A stretch of DNA of 64,000 bases from Candidatus Gastranaerophilales bacterium (lineage in GTDB: Bacteria > Cyanobacteriota > Vampirovibrionia > Gastranaerophilales > Gastranaerophilaceae), in the NCBI GenBank assembly GCA_944324385.1, contig CALUWD010000010.1:1679-65678 (forward strand), written 5' to 3'. Both the position numbers and the translations under genes were made by a program. Position 1 is the first letter of the stretch. Each line of letters opens with the position of its first letter. Positions 46,808 to 57,406 of this stretch are shown piece after piece. A model generated the notes under the pieces. The model was given only the letters and a program-made list of their open reading frames with translations. It made no database searches and was not told the origin of the DNA.

Positions 46808-47293
46808 ATGGGCTGGGTTACAATATCACTCAGAAAAATGGCATTAAAGCAAAGGGTGTCAAACCTGCAATACAGACTGATACAAATCAGCCAAGAAAGA
46901 CAGTCAATTGCAAACCAATCTCAATACACTCAACGCTTTTTGAATGCTATGAAAAACCAGCAATACTCAGGTATTAGCAACAGTTATATGACTGCAGTTC
47001 AAGCAGCACAAAACGGTGCAGCAAACTTAGATCCTACATCAAGTGAATGGAGTAATTATCAAACAAGTTTAGATCAATTAGCACTGGTTCAATCAAGACA
47101 ACAAATGGCAGCAGATTCAATATTCCAAGGCTTAGAAGATTCGCTAATGGGAGATGTTAACAGACGCGACCAACAACTTGAAGCAGAGCAAACACAAATT
47201 GAAACACAACTACAAGCAGCGCAAGCTGAACTTGAATCACTAGATCAAGCAATGGATGATAGCATCAAGAGCAGCGCAATTAAATTATCATAA
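46808..47293 (+). CDS. Hypothetical Gln-rich coiled-coil protein (161 aa)
   Basis: It has a strong AAAGGAGAG RBS and its own strong terminator. I recognise no family. Confidence 0.6.
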   Translation: MGWVTISLRKMALKQRVSNLQYRLIQISQERQSIANQSQYTQRFLNAMKNQQYSGISNSYMTAVQAAQNGAANLDPTSSEWSNYQTSLDQLALVQSRQQMAADSIFQGLEDSLMGDVNRRDQQLEAEQTQIETQLQAAQAELESLDQAMDDSIKSSAIKLS

Positions 47294-47320
47294 TGAATGA
47301 TTAAGGATAGGGAAGATATA

Positions 47321-47354
47321 AAAAAGTCTACACAAACAAAGTGTAGACTTTTTT
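47321..47354 (+). terminator. Rho-independent terminator of the 161 aa gene
   Basis: AAAA-AGTCTACAC-aaacaaa-GTGTAGACT-TTTTT. The stem is 9 bp and is followed by a T-run. Confidence 0.75.
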
Positions 47355-47416
47355 AATTTTCTATTGATTTTAAATAAATATTTAATGTATAATTTTTTAA
47401 ATAGTGGAGGGATATA

Positions 47417-47983
47417 ATGCCTTTTGAATTCAAAAAAACCGACATTGAGGATGTAGTACTTATAATACCAAAAGTATTTGAAGACAATAGAGGATTTTTT
47501 TTAGAAGGTTATAAAAAATCTGATTTCATAAACAATGGGATTAAAGATGAATTTAACCAAGATAATCATTCAAAATCGTCTTTTGGCGTTTTAAGAGGAT
47601 TACACTATCAAAGCAAGCCTCATATGCAAGCAAAAATTGTTCGCTGCATCAGGGGTAAAATCTTTGACGTTGCAGTAGATATAAGGAAAAATTCAAAAAC
47701 TTTTGGAAAATGGACAGGCGCAATTTTAAGTGAAGAAAACAAAAATATGCTCTACATACCTGAAGGCTTTGCTCATGGCTTTTTGACCTTAAGTGATACT
47801 GCAGAGCTATTATATAAAGCCTCTGGAGAATATTCCCCTCAAAATGACAGAGGAATTTTGTGGAATGACCCGCAAATTAATATTGACTGGCAAAAATATG
47901 GCTTAAATTTTGATCCCACATTAAGCGATAAAGACAAAAAACAACCATTATTAAAAGACATTAAAGAGGAAGATTTATTATGA
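47417..47983 (+). CDS. rfbC: dTDP-4-dehydrorhamnose 3,5-epimerase
   Basis: DNRGFF, RGLHYQ, GKIFDVAVDIR and PEGFAHGF motifs are present. Confidence 0.93.
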   Translation: MPFEFKKTDIEDVVLIIPKVFEDNRGFFLEGYKKSDFINNGIKDEFNQDNHSKSSFGVLRGLHYQSKPHMQAKIVRCIRGKIFDVAVDIRKNSKTFGKWTGAILSEENKNMLYIPEGFAHGFLTLSDTAELLYKASGEYSPQNDRGILWNDPQINIDWQKYGLNFDPTLSDKDKKQPLLKDIKEEDLL

Positions 47984-48960
47984 AAATTTTAGTTACAGGC
48001 GGTGCAGGTTTTATTGGAAGCTGTTTTGTAAGACATATGTTAAAAAAACACCCTGATTACAAAATTGTAAATCTGGACTGTTTAACTTATGCTGGAAATA
48101 TTGAAAATCTCGATGATGTAAAAAACAATCCTAACTATACCTTTATAAAAGGTAATATTTGCGACAAAGACCTTGTTTCGCAAATCGTTTCAGATGTCGA
48201 CTGCATTGTTAACTTTGCAGCTGAAAGCCATGTAGATAGATCGATCTTAAACCCGGGAATCTTTATAGAAACAAATGTTCAAGGAACGTTAAATCTCCTT
48301 GAAAATGCAAAAAAACATAAAATCCAGAGATATTTACAGGTTTCAACAGATGAAGTATATGGAACACTGGGTAAAACCGGATATTTTTACGAAACAACAC
48401 CACTTGCACCCAACTCACCATACAGCGCATCAAAAGCAAGCGCAGATATGCTGGTTAGGGCATATTATGAAACATATAAAACACCAGTGCTTACTACAAG
48501 ATGCTCAAATAACTACGGCCCATATCAATACCCTGAAAAGCTTATCCCATTCTTCATTTCAAAACTTTTAAAAGGTGAAAAAGTACCTGTATATGGTGAT
48601 GGCCTCAATGTACGCGATTGGTTATACGTATACGACCACTGCGAAGCAATAAATACAGTTTTGCACAAAGGCAACATTGGTGAAGTATATAATGTTGGCG
48701 GACACAACGAAAAAACCAATCTTGAAATAACAAAAATAATATTAAATGAAATGGGCAAAGATGAAAGCTCAATTGAATACGTTCAAGATAGACTAGGTCA
48801 TGACAGACGCTATGCTATTGACAACAACAAAATAACCACACAACTTGGTTGGGAGCCGTCTTTAACTTTTGAAGAAGGCATAAAACTAACTATAAATTGG
48901 TATTTAAACAATCAAGAGTGGATTAAATCAATTGAAAACAAAAAGGCGGCATTAGTATGA
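47980..48960 (+). CDS. rfbB: dTDP-glucose 4,6-dehydratase
   Basis: GGAGFIGS, VSTDEVYG and the YSASKA catalytic motif are present. Confidence 0.95.
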   Translation: MKILVTGGAGFIGSCFVRHMLKKHPDYKIVNLDCLTYAGNIENLDDVKNNPNYTFIKGNICDKDLVSQIVSDVDCIVNFAAESHVDRSILNPGIFIETNVQGTLNLLENAKKHKIQRYLQVSTDEVYGTLGKTGYFYETTPLAPNSPYSASKASADMLVRAYYETYKTPVLTTRCSNNYGPYQYPEKLIPFFISKLLKGEKVPVYGDGLNVRDWLYVYDHCEAINTVLHKGNIGEVYNVGGHNEKTNLEITKIILNEMGKDESSIEYVQDRLGHDRRYAIDNNKITTQLGWEPSLTFEEGIKLTINWYLNNQEWIKSIENKKAALV

Positions 48961-49778
48961 AAATAATGGTAACCGGCGCAAATGGCATGCTCGGGCAAGA
49001 CTTATGCCCAATGCTTGAAAATATAGGCGCTTTTGTAATTCCAACTGACATCAGTAACCTTGATATAACAGACAAAAATGCTGTCGATGACTTTGTGAAA
49101 AATGTTCATCCTGACATAATAGTTCACTGTGCAGCTTATACAAATGTTGATAAAGCAGAAAATGACAAAGAAAATGCTTTTAAAATAAATGGAGAAGGTG
49201 CCGAAAATATCGCAATAGCGGCGTCAGAAAATAATGCCCTTATGATTTACATTTCAACAGATTACGTTTTTGACGGCACAAAAACTACTCCATATTTACC
49301 AAACGACAAAACAAACCCAATCAATGTATACGGAGCATCAAAACTCGAAGGCGAAGAAGCTGTTAAAAAGTATTGTCAAAAATACTATATAGCACGCACA
49401 AGCTGGCTATATGGACATAATGGCAAAAATTTTGTTGAAACAATGATATTATTAGCAGATAAACCCGAACTAAAAGTTGTCGATGATCAGGTAGGCTGCC
49501 CAACTTGGACAGTTGAACTTTGTAGAGGAATAATAAAACTAATAAGCGAACAAAAACCTTATGGAACATATCATGTTTGTGGCGGTGGCAATACAAGCTG
49601 GTATGGTTTTGCAAAAGAAATTTTCAATCAAATGGAACTAAATGTGAATTTAAAACCATGCACAACAGATGAATTTCCTCGTGATGCAAAACGCCCCAAA
49701 TATAGCATCATGGAAAATAATTCAATATGCCCAGATTGGAAAGAATCACTAAAAGAATACATTAAATTAAGAGGATAA
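48957..49778 (+). CDS. rfbD: dTDP-4-dehydrorhamnose reductase
   Basis: [16 protein letters not shown] and YGASKLEGE motifs are present. Confidence 0.92.
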   Translation: MKIMVTGANGMLGQDLCPMLENIGAFVIPTDISNLDITDKNAVDDFVKNVHPDIIVHCAAYTNVDKAENDKENAFKINGEGAENIAIAASENNALMIYISTDYVFDGTKTTPYLPNDKTNPINVYGASKLEGEEAVKKYCQKYYIARTSWLYGHNGKNFVETMILLADKPELKVVDDQVGCPTWTVELCRGIIKLISEQKPYGTYHVCGGGNTSWYGFAKEIFNQMELNVNLKPCTTDEFPRDAKRPKYSIMENNSICPDWKESLKEYIKLRG

Positions 49779-49782
49779 AATA

Positions 49783-50673
49783 ATGACTCAGTTAGGTGTT
49801 AAAAAAGGTATAGTGTTAGCAGGCGGATCAGGCACAAGGCTTTATCCCAGTACAATAGCAGTATCAAAGCAGCTTTTGCCTGTTTACGATAAACCAATGG
49901 TTTACTACCCTATTTCTGTTTTAATGCTGGCAGGAATTAAAGATATACTTATAATTTCAACACCTTACGATATTGATAACTTCAAAAAACTTTTGGGCGA
50001 CGGTTCACAATTTGGCGTTAAATTTTCTTATGTTGTTCAACCATCCCCTGACGGGCTTGCTCAAGCTTTTATTCTTGGTGAAGATTTTATAGCAAATGAC
50101 CCTGTAGCACTAATTTTGGGCGATAACATATTCTACGGTCAAGCGTTTTCCGCAATGCTAAGAGAGGTTTCGCTAAAAATTAATAGCTCGGGCGGTGCAA
50201 CGGTATTTGGCTACAAAGTAAAAGACCCTGAAAGATATGGTGTTGTTGATTTTGACAAAAATGGTCATGTAAAATCAATTGAAGAAAAACCCAAAAACCC
50301 AAAATCAAACTATGCTGTAACCGGCCTTTATTTCTATGATAATAATGTTGTTAGATATGCAAAATCACTAAAACCTTCTAAAAGAGGTGAACTTGAAATA
50401 ACAGACTTAAATAACATTTATTTGAAAAATGGTAATTTGGACGTAAAACTTTTTGGCAGAGGTTTTTCTTGGCTTGATACAGGCACACACCATTCGCTTT
50501 TACAAGCAAGCCAATATGTTCAAACAATTGAAGAAAATCAGGGTGTAAAAATTGCATGTCTTGAAGAAATAGCCTATTCTATGGGATTTTTAGACAAAAA
50601 AACATTAAAAGAAATAGCTCAAAAATACAAAAACAGCGACTACTACAGCTATATTTTAAATTTAGTAAAATAA
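49783..50673 (+). CDS. rfbA: Glucose-1-phosphate thymidylyltransferase
   Basis: [22 protein letters not shown] and WLDTGTH motifs are present. Confidence 0.95.
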   Translation: MTQLGVKKGIVLAGGSGTRLYPSTIAVSKQLLPVYDKPMVYYPISVLMLAGIKDILIISTPYDIDNFKKLLGDGSQFGVKFSYVVQPSPDGLAQAFILGEDFIANDPVALILGDNIFYGQAFSAMLREVSLKINSSGGATVFGYKVKDPERYGVVDFDKNGHVKSIEEKPKNPKSNYAVTGLYFYDNNVVRYAKSLKPSKRGELEITDLNNIYLKNGNLDVKLFGRGFSWLDTGTHHSLLQASQYVQTIEENQGVKIACLEEIAYSMGFLDKKTLKEIAQKYKNSDYYSYILNLVK

Positions 50674-50793
50674 AAAAAGGCCCAAAGTACTTTATAAACT
50701 TACCTATAACCTTCCTTTGAGCCTAGTAGCAAATACGGCATTGAGTATAAAGACGCAACTTTTATTTTTAAGTTCCCGTTGTATAATTATTCT

Positions 50794-52170
50794 ATGGATA
50801 AAATACTATTTGCCGAGCTTAAAAAAATATACTCTAACGATATTCTTTTTGAAAAAGAAGATTTATACCCTTATGCTTACGACACATCACCAAATCCAGA
50901 AAATATTATCCTGCCCGAGTTTGTAGTATTTCCAACAAGTGCAGAACAAGTTTCAAAAACTATTTTGCTTTGCAAAAAACATAAAGTTGCGCTCATTGCT
51001 CGTGGCGCAGGTACTTGCCACTGTGGGGGTTGTCGAGTAAAAAGCAAAAGTATAATTCTTCATTTTTCTAAAATGGATAAAATTTTAGAAATAAACAAAG
51101 AAGATTTAACTGCAAAAGTCCAACCAAACGCAATAATAAAAAAGATAAACGAAGCTGTAGAAAAAGAAGACTTATTTTTTCCTCCCGACCCGTCTAACCT
51201 TGCAGTATCTACAATAGGAGGTGCGGCGGCACTAAGTTCAGGAGGTCCAAGAACATTTAAATACGGCTCGACAAAAGATTATATAATCAACCTCGAAGTA
51301 GTTCTTGCTGATGGAAAAATAATTAAAACAGGTACAGACATTGCAAAAAACGTTACAGGTTACAACTTAACTTCGCTTTTTGTGGGTTCTGAAGGAACAC
51401 TTGGAATAATAACAGAAATTACAATAAGGCTTATCCCAAAACCACAAGCAAGAAAGGTTACTCTGGCATATTTCGATAACCTGATTGAAGCAACACAAGC
51501 AGTTAATAACATTATTAACTCTGGTTTTGTGCCTGCAACGCTTGATTTATTAGACAAAAACACACTTACAACAATTGAAAAATTTAACCCTTGCGGTCTT
51601 TTATGCGATAAAGAAGCAGCACTTTTAATAGAATTGGATGGGTTTTTGGAAAATTTAAATTTTGAATGCAAAAGGATATTTGAAATATTAAAAAAATCAA
51701 ACGCTGCGCAAATTATTCAGGCTCAAAACGAGCAGGAAAATGAAGAAATTTGGCGCGCGAGAAGAAGTGCATTTGCAGCTGTTACAAAACTAAAACCAAA
51801 CGTTATAACAGAAGATGTTGTTGTACCACGTTCAAAAATAGTTCCTCTGGTTAAAGGGATAGAAAATATTTGTAACGAACACAAAGTAATTGTTTGCATT
51901 ATGGGTCATGCCGGTGATGGCAATATTCACCCTAATTTTGCACTGGATTTATCTAATGAAAATGAAAAAGAAAACTTTGAAATTGTTAAAGACAAGTTAT
52001 TCAAACTTGCACTTGAACTTGGAGGCTCACTTTCAGGCGAGCATGGAATAGGAAGCGAAAAGAAAAAATACTTAAAAGATGCACTTGATAATGGCGCACT
52101 TGAATATATGGAAAAAATCAAAAAACTTTTTGACCCAGAAAATATTATTAACCCTGATAAAATGTTTTAA
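50794..52170 (+). CDS. FAD-linked oxidase (GlcD / D-lactate dehydrogenase-like)
   Basis: An FAD_binding_4 N-terminal domain (ARGAGT, GYNLTSLFVGSEGTLG) is followed by a C-terminal GEHGIG motif. The start at MDKILF is preferred over 50779. Confidence 0.8.
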   Translation: MDKILFAELKKIYSNDILFEKEDLYPYAYDTSPNPENIILPEFVVFPTSAEQVSKTILLCKKHKVALIARGAGTCHCGGCRVKSKSIILHFSKMDKILEINKEDLTAKVQPNAIIKKINEAVEKEDLFFPPDPSNLAVSTIGGAAALSSGGPRTFKYGSTKDYIINLEVVLADGKIIKTGTDIAKNVTGYNLTSLFVGSEGTLGIITEITIRLIPKPQARKVTLAYFDNLIEATQAVNNIINSGFVPATLDLLDKNTLTTIEKFNPCGLLCDKEAALLIELDGFLENLNFECKRIFEILKKSNAAQIIQAQNEQENEEIWRARRSAFAAVTKLKPNVITEDVVVPRSKIVPLVKGIENICNEHKVIVCIMGHAGDGNIHPNFALDLSNENEKENFEIVKDKLFKLALELGGSLSGEHGIGSEKKKYLKDALDNGALEYMEKIKKLFDPENIINPDKMF

Positions 52171-52196
52171 TATTTTTTTGTGTTATCTTATTGCTT

Positions 52197-53537
52197 ATGG
52201 AAACATTAACGACTAAATTTAAAATATACTGCGATTATGCAAAAGATTTAATTAAACTCTCTGCACCAATTATGGCAGGAAATCTTGCCAATATGCTTAT
52301 AAACGTTGGCGATGTAGTTGTTGCAGGCAGGCACTCCACTGTAACACTAGGTGCAATAAGCGTAGCAACAGCAATATTTATGACATTTATGATAGCAGCA
52401 ATCGGTCTTATGGCAAGCATTTCCCCTGTTGTATCAAACCTTAGGGGCGAACGTAAAACAACAAAAACCCTTTTTCGTGCTACTGTAAAATATTCACTTG
52501 TCACAGGGTTATTATTTTGTATTTTAATCAGGTTATTAATTGGTCAGGTAGATAAAATTGGTCTTGCGCCTGATTTATATCCTCTTGTTGTTGAATACCT
52601 TGACATTAGCAGTTGGGGTATGTTTGGCGGCCTGCTTTTTATGGCATTAAAAGAATTTTTACAAGCTTACGAAATAGTAAATTTTCCAAATTTAGTAATT
52701 GTAGCGCAAATATTTATAAACTTATTTTTAAATATAGCACTTGTTTTTGGAATGTGGGGATTTCCCGAGCTTGGCGTTAAGGGTCTTGCAATTGCAAGCT
52801 TAATTGTAAGAACTGTAGGCGCTATAGCGTTGTTCCTATACTGTTTACCATTTTTAAAAGGACGTTCAAAAAGGGTTAAATCCTACATAAAAGAACTCTT
52901 AAAAACAGGCTGGCCAATTTCTTTTGCACTGTTTTTTGAATTTTTAGGATTTAATATTACTGCAGTTCTTGTTGGTAAGTTTTCATCAACACTGGCTGCT
53001 GCGCACAATATAATAATTACAATTACAAGTATAACTTATATGTTCCCTATGTCAGTATCAAACGCAATAGGCATAAAAGTAGGCTTTGCCAATGGCGAAA
53101 AAAATATTTTAGATGTAAAAAGATATTCACTGGCAGGCGCATATTTATCTGTGATTTTTATGGCACTTAATGCAATTTTATACATTTGCTGTCCTGAATT
53201 TTTACTTTCACTGTTCACAAAAGACAATGTAGTTATAAAAGCAGCACTACCTGTTATGAGTATTGTTTTATATTACCTGTTTTTTGATGGCATACAATGC
53301 TCTTGCGTTGGTTCATTAAAAGGACTCAAAGACACAAAACCAATTATGGCAACTATGGGAATTGCCTATCTTTTAATCGGCATTCCAGTTGGTTGTATTT
53401 TAGCCTTTAAATTTAACATAGTCCTGCTTGGTTTTTGGATAGGATTAGCACTTGCACTATTTAGCGCATGCATGATTTCATCAACAATTTTAATTAGAAA
53501 AATTAAAAAGTTGAAAAAAATCTATCGCTTGTCATAA
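52197..53537 (+). CDS. MATE family efflux transporter
   Basis: It has 12 TM segments with MATE repeat organisation. The ATG at 52197 is preferred over the TTG at 52191. Confidence 0.88.
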   Translation: METLTTKFKIYCDYAKDLIKLSAPIMAGNLANMLINVGDVVVAGRHSTVTLGAISVATAIFMTFMIAAIGLMASISPVVSNLRGERKTTKTLFRATVKYSLVTGLLFCILIRLLIGQVDKIGLAPDLYPLVVEYLDISSWGMFGGLLFMALKEFLQAYEIVNFPNLVIVAQIFINLFLNIALVFGMWGFPELGVKGLAIASLIVRTVGAIALFLYCLPFLKGRSKRVKSYIKELLKTGWPISFALFFEFLGFNITAVLVGKFSSTLAAAHNIIITITSITYMFPMSVSNAIGIKVGFANGEKNILDVKRYSLAGAYLSVIFMALNAILYICCPEFLLSLFTKDNVVIKAALPVMSIVLYYLFFDGIQCSCVGSLKGLKDTKPIMATMGIAYLLIGIPVGCILAFKFNIVLLGFWIGLALALFSACMISSTILIRKIKKLKKIYRLS

Positions 53538-53890
53538 ACTTTAATTAAATGCCAGCCAAATTGTGTTTGCACAGGGTCAGATACAACACCGACCGGCAGT
53601 GAAAACGCAGCATCCTCAAATTCTTTTACCATTTTTCCACGACCAAAATAGCCTAAATTACCACCAAATTCACCAGATGGGCAAGATGAATATTTTCTTG
53701 CAACTTCACCAAAACTTTCGCCATTTTCAATTCTATTTTTAAGTGCTTTTGCCTTTGACTCGCTTGCAACGAGTATATGTGCAGCTTTTACTTCGCTATA
53801 TTGGGAAGCATTTGGATCAACTTCAACTTTTGCACTGCTAATTAGAGAAAAAACAAATAAAGATAAAATTAATAAAAATATTTTTTTCAT
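53522..53890 (-). CDS. Secreted parvulin-type peptidyl-prolyl isomerase (PpiC family)
   Basis: A signal peptide is followed by AAHILV...GGNLGYFGRGKMVKEFE...QTQFGWHLIKV. Confidence 0.88.
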   Translation of the reverse strand: MKKIFLLILSLFVFSLISSAKVEVDPNASQYSEVKAAHILVASESKAKALKNRIENGESFGEVARKYSSCPSGEFGGNLGYFGRGKMVKEFEDAAFSLPVGVVSDPVQTQFGWHLIKVYDKR

Positions 53891-53962
53891 ATCATCACCT
53901 TATATTACCTACCTAATACACTTTAGCATAAAATTTGAATGTCAAATCGTCCAATAGCATGG

Positions 53963-53990
53963 TTGACAGTCAAAACTCGCAAACTACAAT
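53963..53990 (+). promoter_or_regulatory. Putative sigma70-type promoter of the tolC-macAB operon
   Basis: TTGACA (53963-53968), a 16 nt spacer, then TACAAT (53985-53990). It lies 28 nt upstream of the ATG. Pattern match only. Confidence 0.4.
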
Positions 53991-54017
53991 ATTTATAAAG
54001 GGGGTTCTTGTTTTTAA

Positions 54018-55547
54018 ATGTATCGCCACAAAGTTGTAAAAAAACTTATAATATTTTTTATTTTAATTACAATTACATCTCAAAATGCATTTGCCTTTAG
54101 TTTCAACATATTTAAAAAGAAACAAAAAGAAAAGCAAAAGACAGAGGAAGTTATTACACCGGAGGAAAAAGAAAAAGGTAAAAAAACTTTTTCAATTGAT
54201 GAATGTGTCGACTACGCAATAAATAACGACCCTAATATTAGAATATCGGCAAATAATTACGAAGCTCAAAAAAGCAGAGTTGGACAAGCAAAGTCAGACT
54301 ATTTTCCAATGCTTGGCATAGGAACGGGTTATAATTACCAATACAGCAACTCGGCAGGGTACACCTCAAGCAGCATGTGGCGTGGTGGCGGAAGCGGTAA
54401 TTCAAACGGATATTATCAACTTAACGCCAGTGTTAATCAGCTTATTTGGAATTTTGGCAGAACAACTGCAGGAATAAACATGCAAAAGTTTAATCAAGAA
54501 TCCGCAGGTTATGACTTAGACTACAGTATTTTACAAACAGTATACAATGTTAAAACAGCTTACTTTGCAGTCCTTGCAGCTCTTGCTAACGTCGATATTT
54601 ATGAACGTTCGGTTAGAATTAACTCACTTAATTACGAACGTACAAAAGCAATGTTTGAGGAAGGTCTAAAATCACGCATAGATGTAGTTAACGCTGAAGT
54701 TTATTTAACCGATGCTAAAACACAGTTAATTGATGCACAATATAAATATGACACAGCAATGGTTAACCTTAAAAATTCGATGTATTATATGGAAGATAAA
54801 GATTTTCTTGTTGAAAATACTGAAAATTTTGACTTTTTGAGAAACAACTATAAAATGCAAACAATAGAAATAGGAACTATAAAGAAAAACGGTGAGGATG
54901 GGGACTCTGAACATTCAGCAGTACTCTTAACATCTGGCATACAAAAGCAAGACATATTAAAAGATTACAAATTTGACCCATACATTATTGAACTAAAAGA
55001 AGCAATAAATGAAGCTTATGAAAACAGACCAGATTTAAAATCTCTAAAAATGGTACTAAGAGCACAGGAAGAATCACTAAAACAAATAAAAAGAAGCTGG
55101 ACACCTGAAATTTCAGCCAGTGCAGGCTACAATTTAAGATATATGGATTCAACCTCAAATACAGGTTTTACTGCAAGCGCAAATCTTGATTTTCCAATGA
55201 TAAATATGATGGATATAAAATACAGAATTGATGAAGGAAAATCTTACTTAAGAATTGCTCAGGACAACGTTGATTTATCTGAAAAAAATATAAACTTTGA
55301 AGTTCAAAAATATTATTTAGCAATGAGAAGGCTTGAAAAAACAATACCGCTAATGGCGGATAAAGTCCGTCAGACATTAGAAAACTTTGAATTAGCTGAT
55401 GGCAGATATGCCGTTGGACTAAATAATTTTATTGAGCTTCAAGATGCGCAAACCAACTACAACAATGCTCAACTGGCATTTGTGCAATCTGTATTTGATT
55501 ACAACGTTGCGCGGGAAGAGTTTAAAAAATCCATGGGGGTAAGATGA
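54018..55547 (+). CDS. TolC-family outer-membrane efflux protein
   Basis: A signal peptide is followed by two OEP repeats. The pattern is typical (AQKSRVGQAKSDYFP...). The gene overlaps the adaptor gene by 4 nt. Confidence 0.88.
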   Translation: MYRHKVVKKLIIFFILITITSQNAFAFSFNIFKKKQKEKQKTEEVITPEEKEKGKKTFSIDECVDYAINNDPNIRISANNYEAQKSRVGQAKSDYFPMLGIGTGYNYQYSNSAGYTSSSMWRGGGSGNSNGYYQLNASVNQLIWNFGRTTAGINMQKFNQESAGYDLDYSILQTVYNVKTAYFAVLAALANVDIYERSVRINSLNYERTKAMFEEGLKSRIDVVNAEVYLTDAKTQLIDAQYKYDTAMVNLKNSMYYMEDKDFLVENTENFDFLRNNYKMQTIEIGTIKKNGEDGDSEHSAVLLTSGIQKQDILKDYKFDPYIIELKEAINEAYENRPDLKSLKMVLRAQEESLKQIKRSWTPEISASAGYNLRYMDSTSNTGFTASANLDFPMINMMDIKYRIDEGKSYLRIAQDNVDLSEKNINFEVQKYYLAMRRLEKTIPLMADKVRQTLENFELADGRYAVGLNNFIELQDAQTNYNNAQLAFVQSVFDYNVAREEFKKSMGVR

Positions 55548-56707
55548 GAAAAAAGGCAATAATAATAAGTGCAATTGTAATAACGGTTCTAATTTTGCTT
55601 TTTGGAATAAAACAAGTTGCAGGCAAAAAAAGCATTAGCTACAAAAGTGTACCTGTTAAAAAACGCACAATTGTAGAAAGCGTTGAAGCATCAGGCACAA
55701 TAAACCCTGTCCAAACAGTAGATATAGGTACACAAGTGTCAGGAACAATTAAAGAAATATATGTAGATTACAACTCTGAAGTTAAAAAAGGTGATTTACT
55801 GGCACAAATTGACCCAGCACTTTTTCAAGCGCAAGTAGATAAGGCAAGGAGCGATTTAAACGCCGCAAAAGCTAATTATCAAAGATCAAAAAGCATGCTT
55901 GAATATGAAAAAAAGAATTATGAACGCTACGCAAGACTTTATACAAAAAATTATGTTTCAAAAAGCGAAGTAGACCTTGCTGAAGCAAACTACAAATCAA
56001 ATCTTGCTGAAGTCAATGCTATGAGGGCGCAAATTAATCAGGCAAGCGCAACTTTAGAAAACAATCTAACAAATTTAAGATATACAAAAATAATTTCGCC
56101 TGTCGATGGCGTAGTTGTCTCAAGAAGTGTTGATGTAGGTCAAACTGTTGCAGCGAGCTTTCAAACACCAACATTGTTTATGGTTGCGCAAGACTTAACG
56201 CAAATGCAAATAGAGGTTAATGTATCAGAAGCAGACATTGGAAGAATAAAAGTAGGACAAGATGTAACATACACGCTTGACGGATACAATAATCAAGAAT
56301 TCCATGGCAAAGTTTCGCAAGTAAGAATATCACCAACAACCGTTTCAAACGTTGTAACATACACCGTTATAGTAGATGTATCAAACGATGACAATATACT
56401 CATCCCTGGGATGACAGCAAATGTTTCAGTAATTACCAATAAAAGTGAGGATGTGGTATCAGTACCGGTTGCAGCTTTTCGTTTTACACCAAAAGAAATC
56501 ACGGGCGGCAAAAAATTTGAAAAACAAGGTGTGTGGATTGTAGGCAAAAATAAAAAACCGCAAAGGGTAGAAATTGTTGCAGGTGCGTCAGATGGAGATT
56601 ACACAGCAATTAAACAAGGAGAAATTAAAGAAGGCGACAGGGTTATTGTAGGAAGTTCAAACGATAAACAGCAACCAGCCCAAAGACGCCCGATGAGGAT
56701 GTTTTAA
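55544..56707 (+). CDS. Periplasmic adaptor (membrane fusion protein), MacA/HlyD family
   Basis: An N-terminal TM segment is followed by a biotinyl/lipoyl-like GTINPV...VSGTIKEIYVD and a coiled-coil hairpin. The RYTKIISPVDGVV motif is present. Confidence 0.88.
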   Translation: MRKKAIIISAIVITVLILLFGIKQVAGKKSISYKSVPVKKRTIVESVEASGTINPVQTVDIGTQVSGTIKEIYVDYNSEVKKGDLLAQIDPALFQAQVDKARSDLNAAKANYQRSKSMLEYEKKNYERYARLYTKNYVSKSEVDLAEANYKSNLAEVNAMRAQINQASATLENNLTNLRYTKIISPVDGVVVSRSVDVGQTVAASFQTPTLFMVAQDLTQMQIEVNVSEADIGRIKVGQDVTYTLDGYNNQEFHGKVSQVRISPTTVSNVVTYTVIVDVSNDDNILIPGMTANVSVITNKSEDVVSVPVAAFRFTPKEITGGKKFEKQGVWIVGKNKKPQRVEIVAGASDGDYTAIKQGEIKEGDRVIVGSSNDKQQPAQRRPMRMF

Positions 56708-57406
56708 GTGAGTCTTATTGAAATAAAAAATTTAGTTAAAACCTATCAAACAGGCGAAAGCTCATTCAATGCGCTCGATGATGTATCACTTAGTGTTGAT
56801 AAAGGTGAGTTTGTGGCGATAATGGGTACATCAGGCTCAGGAAAATCAACATTTATGAATACTCTAGGCTGCTTAGATAAACCAACTTCAGGAAGCTATT
56901 ATCTTGACGGGATAGATGTTCTAAGTTTAAATGCAGATAAATTGTCTGAAATTCGAAACTTGAAGCTGGGCTTTGTATTCCAGGGCTTTAATTTGATACC
57001 GAGAACATCGGCAATTGAAAATGTTGAAATGCCAATGATATACAAAGGAATACCCCAACAAGAAAGACTTGAAAAAGCCCGCCATGCACTAAAAATAGTA
57101 GGCCTTGAGCACAGGGAGCACCACCTGCCAAATCAAATGTCAGGCGGACAACAACAAAGAGTTGCAATAGCAAGGGCAATAGTTAATGATGCCCCAATTA
57201 TTCTTGCCGATGAACCTACGGGAAATTTAGACACAAAAACAAGTATCGAGGTTATGGAATTTTTCGTTGAGCTAAACGAAAAAGGAGGAAAAACTATTAT
57301 ACTTGTTACCCATGAACCCGATATTGCAGAATATTCAAAAAGAATTGTGCGATTTAAGGATGGGAAAATTATAAGTGATGAGTTAAGGAGTAAGGCAAAA
57401 GTATGA
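56708..57406 (+). CDS. MacB/LolD-type ABC transporter ATP-binding protein
   Basis: Walker A is GTSGSGKST. The signature is MSGGQQQRVAIARA. Walker B is ILADEPTGNLD. A GTG start lies directly after the adaptor gene's stop. Confidence 0.92.
   Translation: MSLIEIKNLVKTYQTGESSFNALDDVSLSVDKGEFVAIMGTSGSGKSTFMNTLGCLDKPTSGSYYLDGIDVLSLNADKLSEIRNLKLGFVFQGFNLIPRTSAIENVEMPMIYKGIPQQERLEKARHALKIVGLEHREHHLPNQMSGGQQQRVAIARAIVNDAPIILADEPTGNLDTKTSIEVMEFFVELNEKGGKTIILVTHEPDIAEYSKRIVRFKDGKIISDELRSKAKV

Noticed and set aside
50717-50926. A 69 aa plus-strand ORF overlapping the 5' end of the FAD oxidase gene.
   Set aside because: It is out of frame with a strongly supported gene, and it has no RBS or motif.
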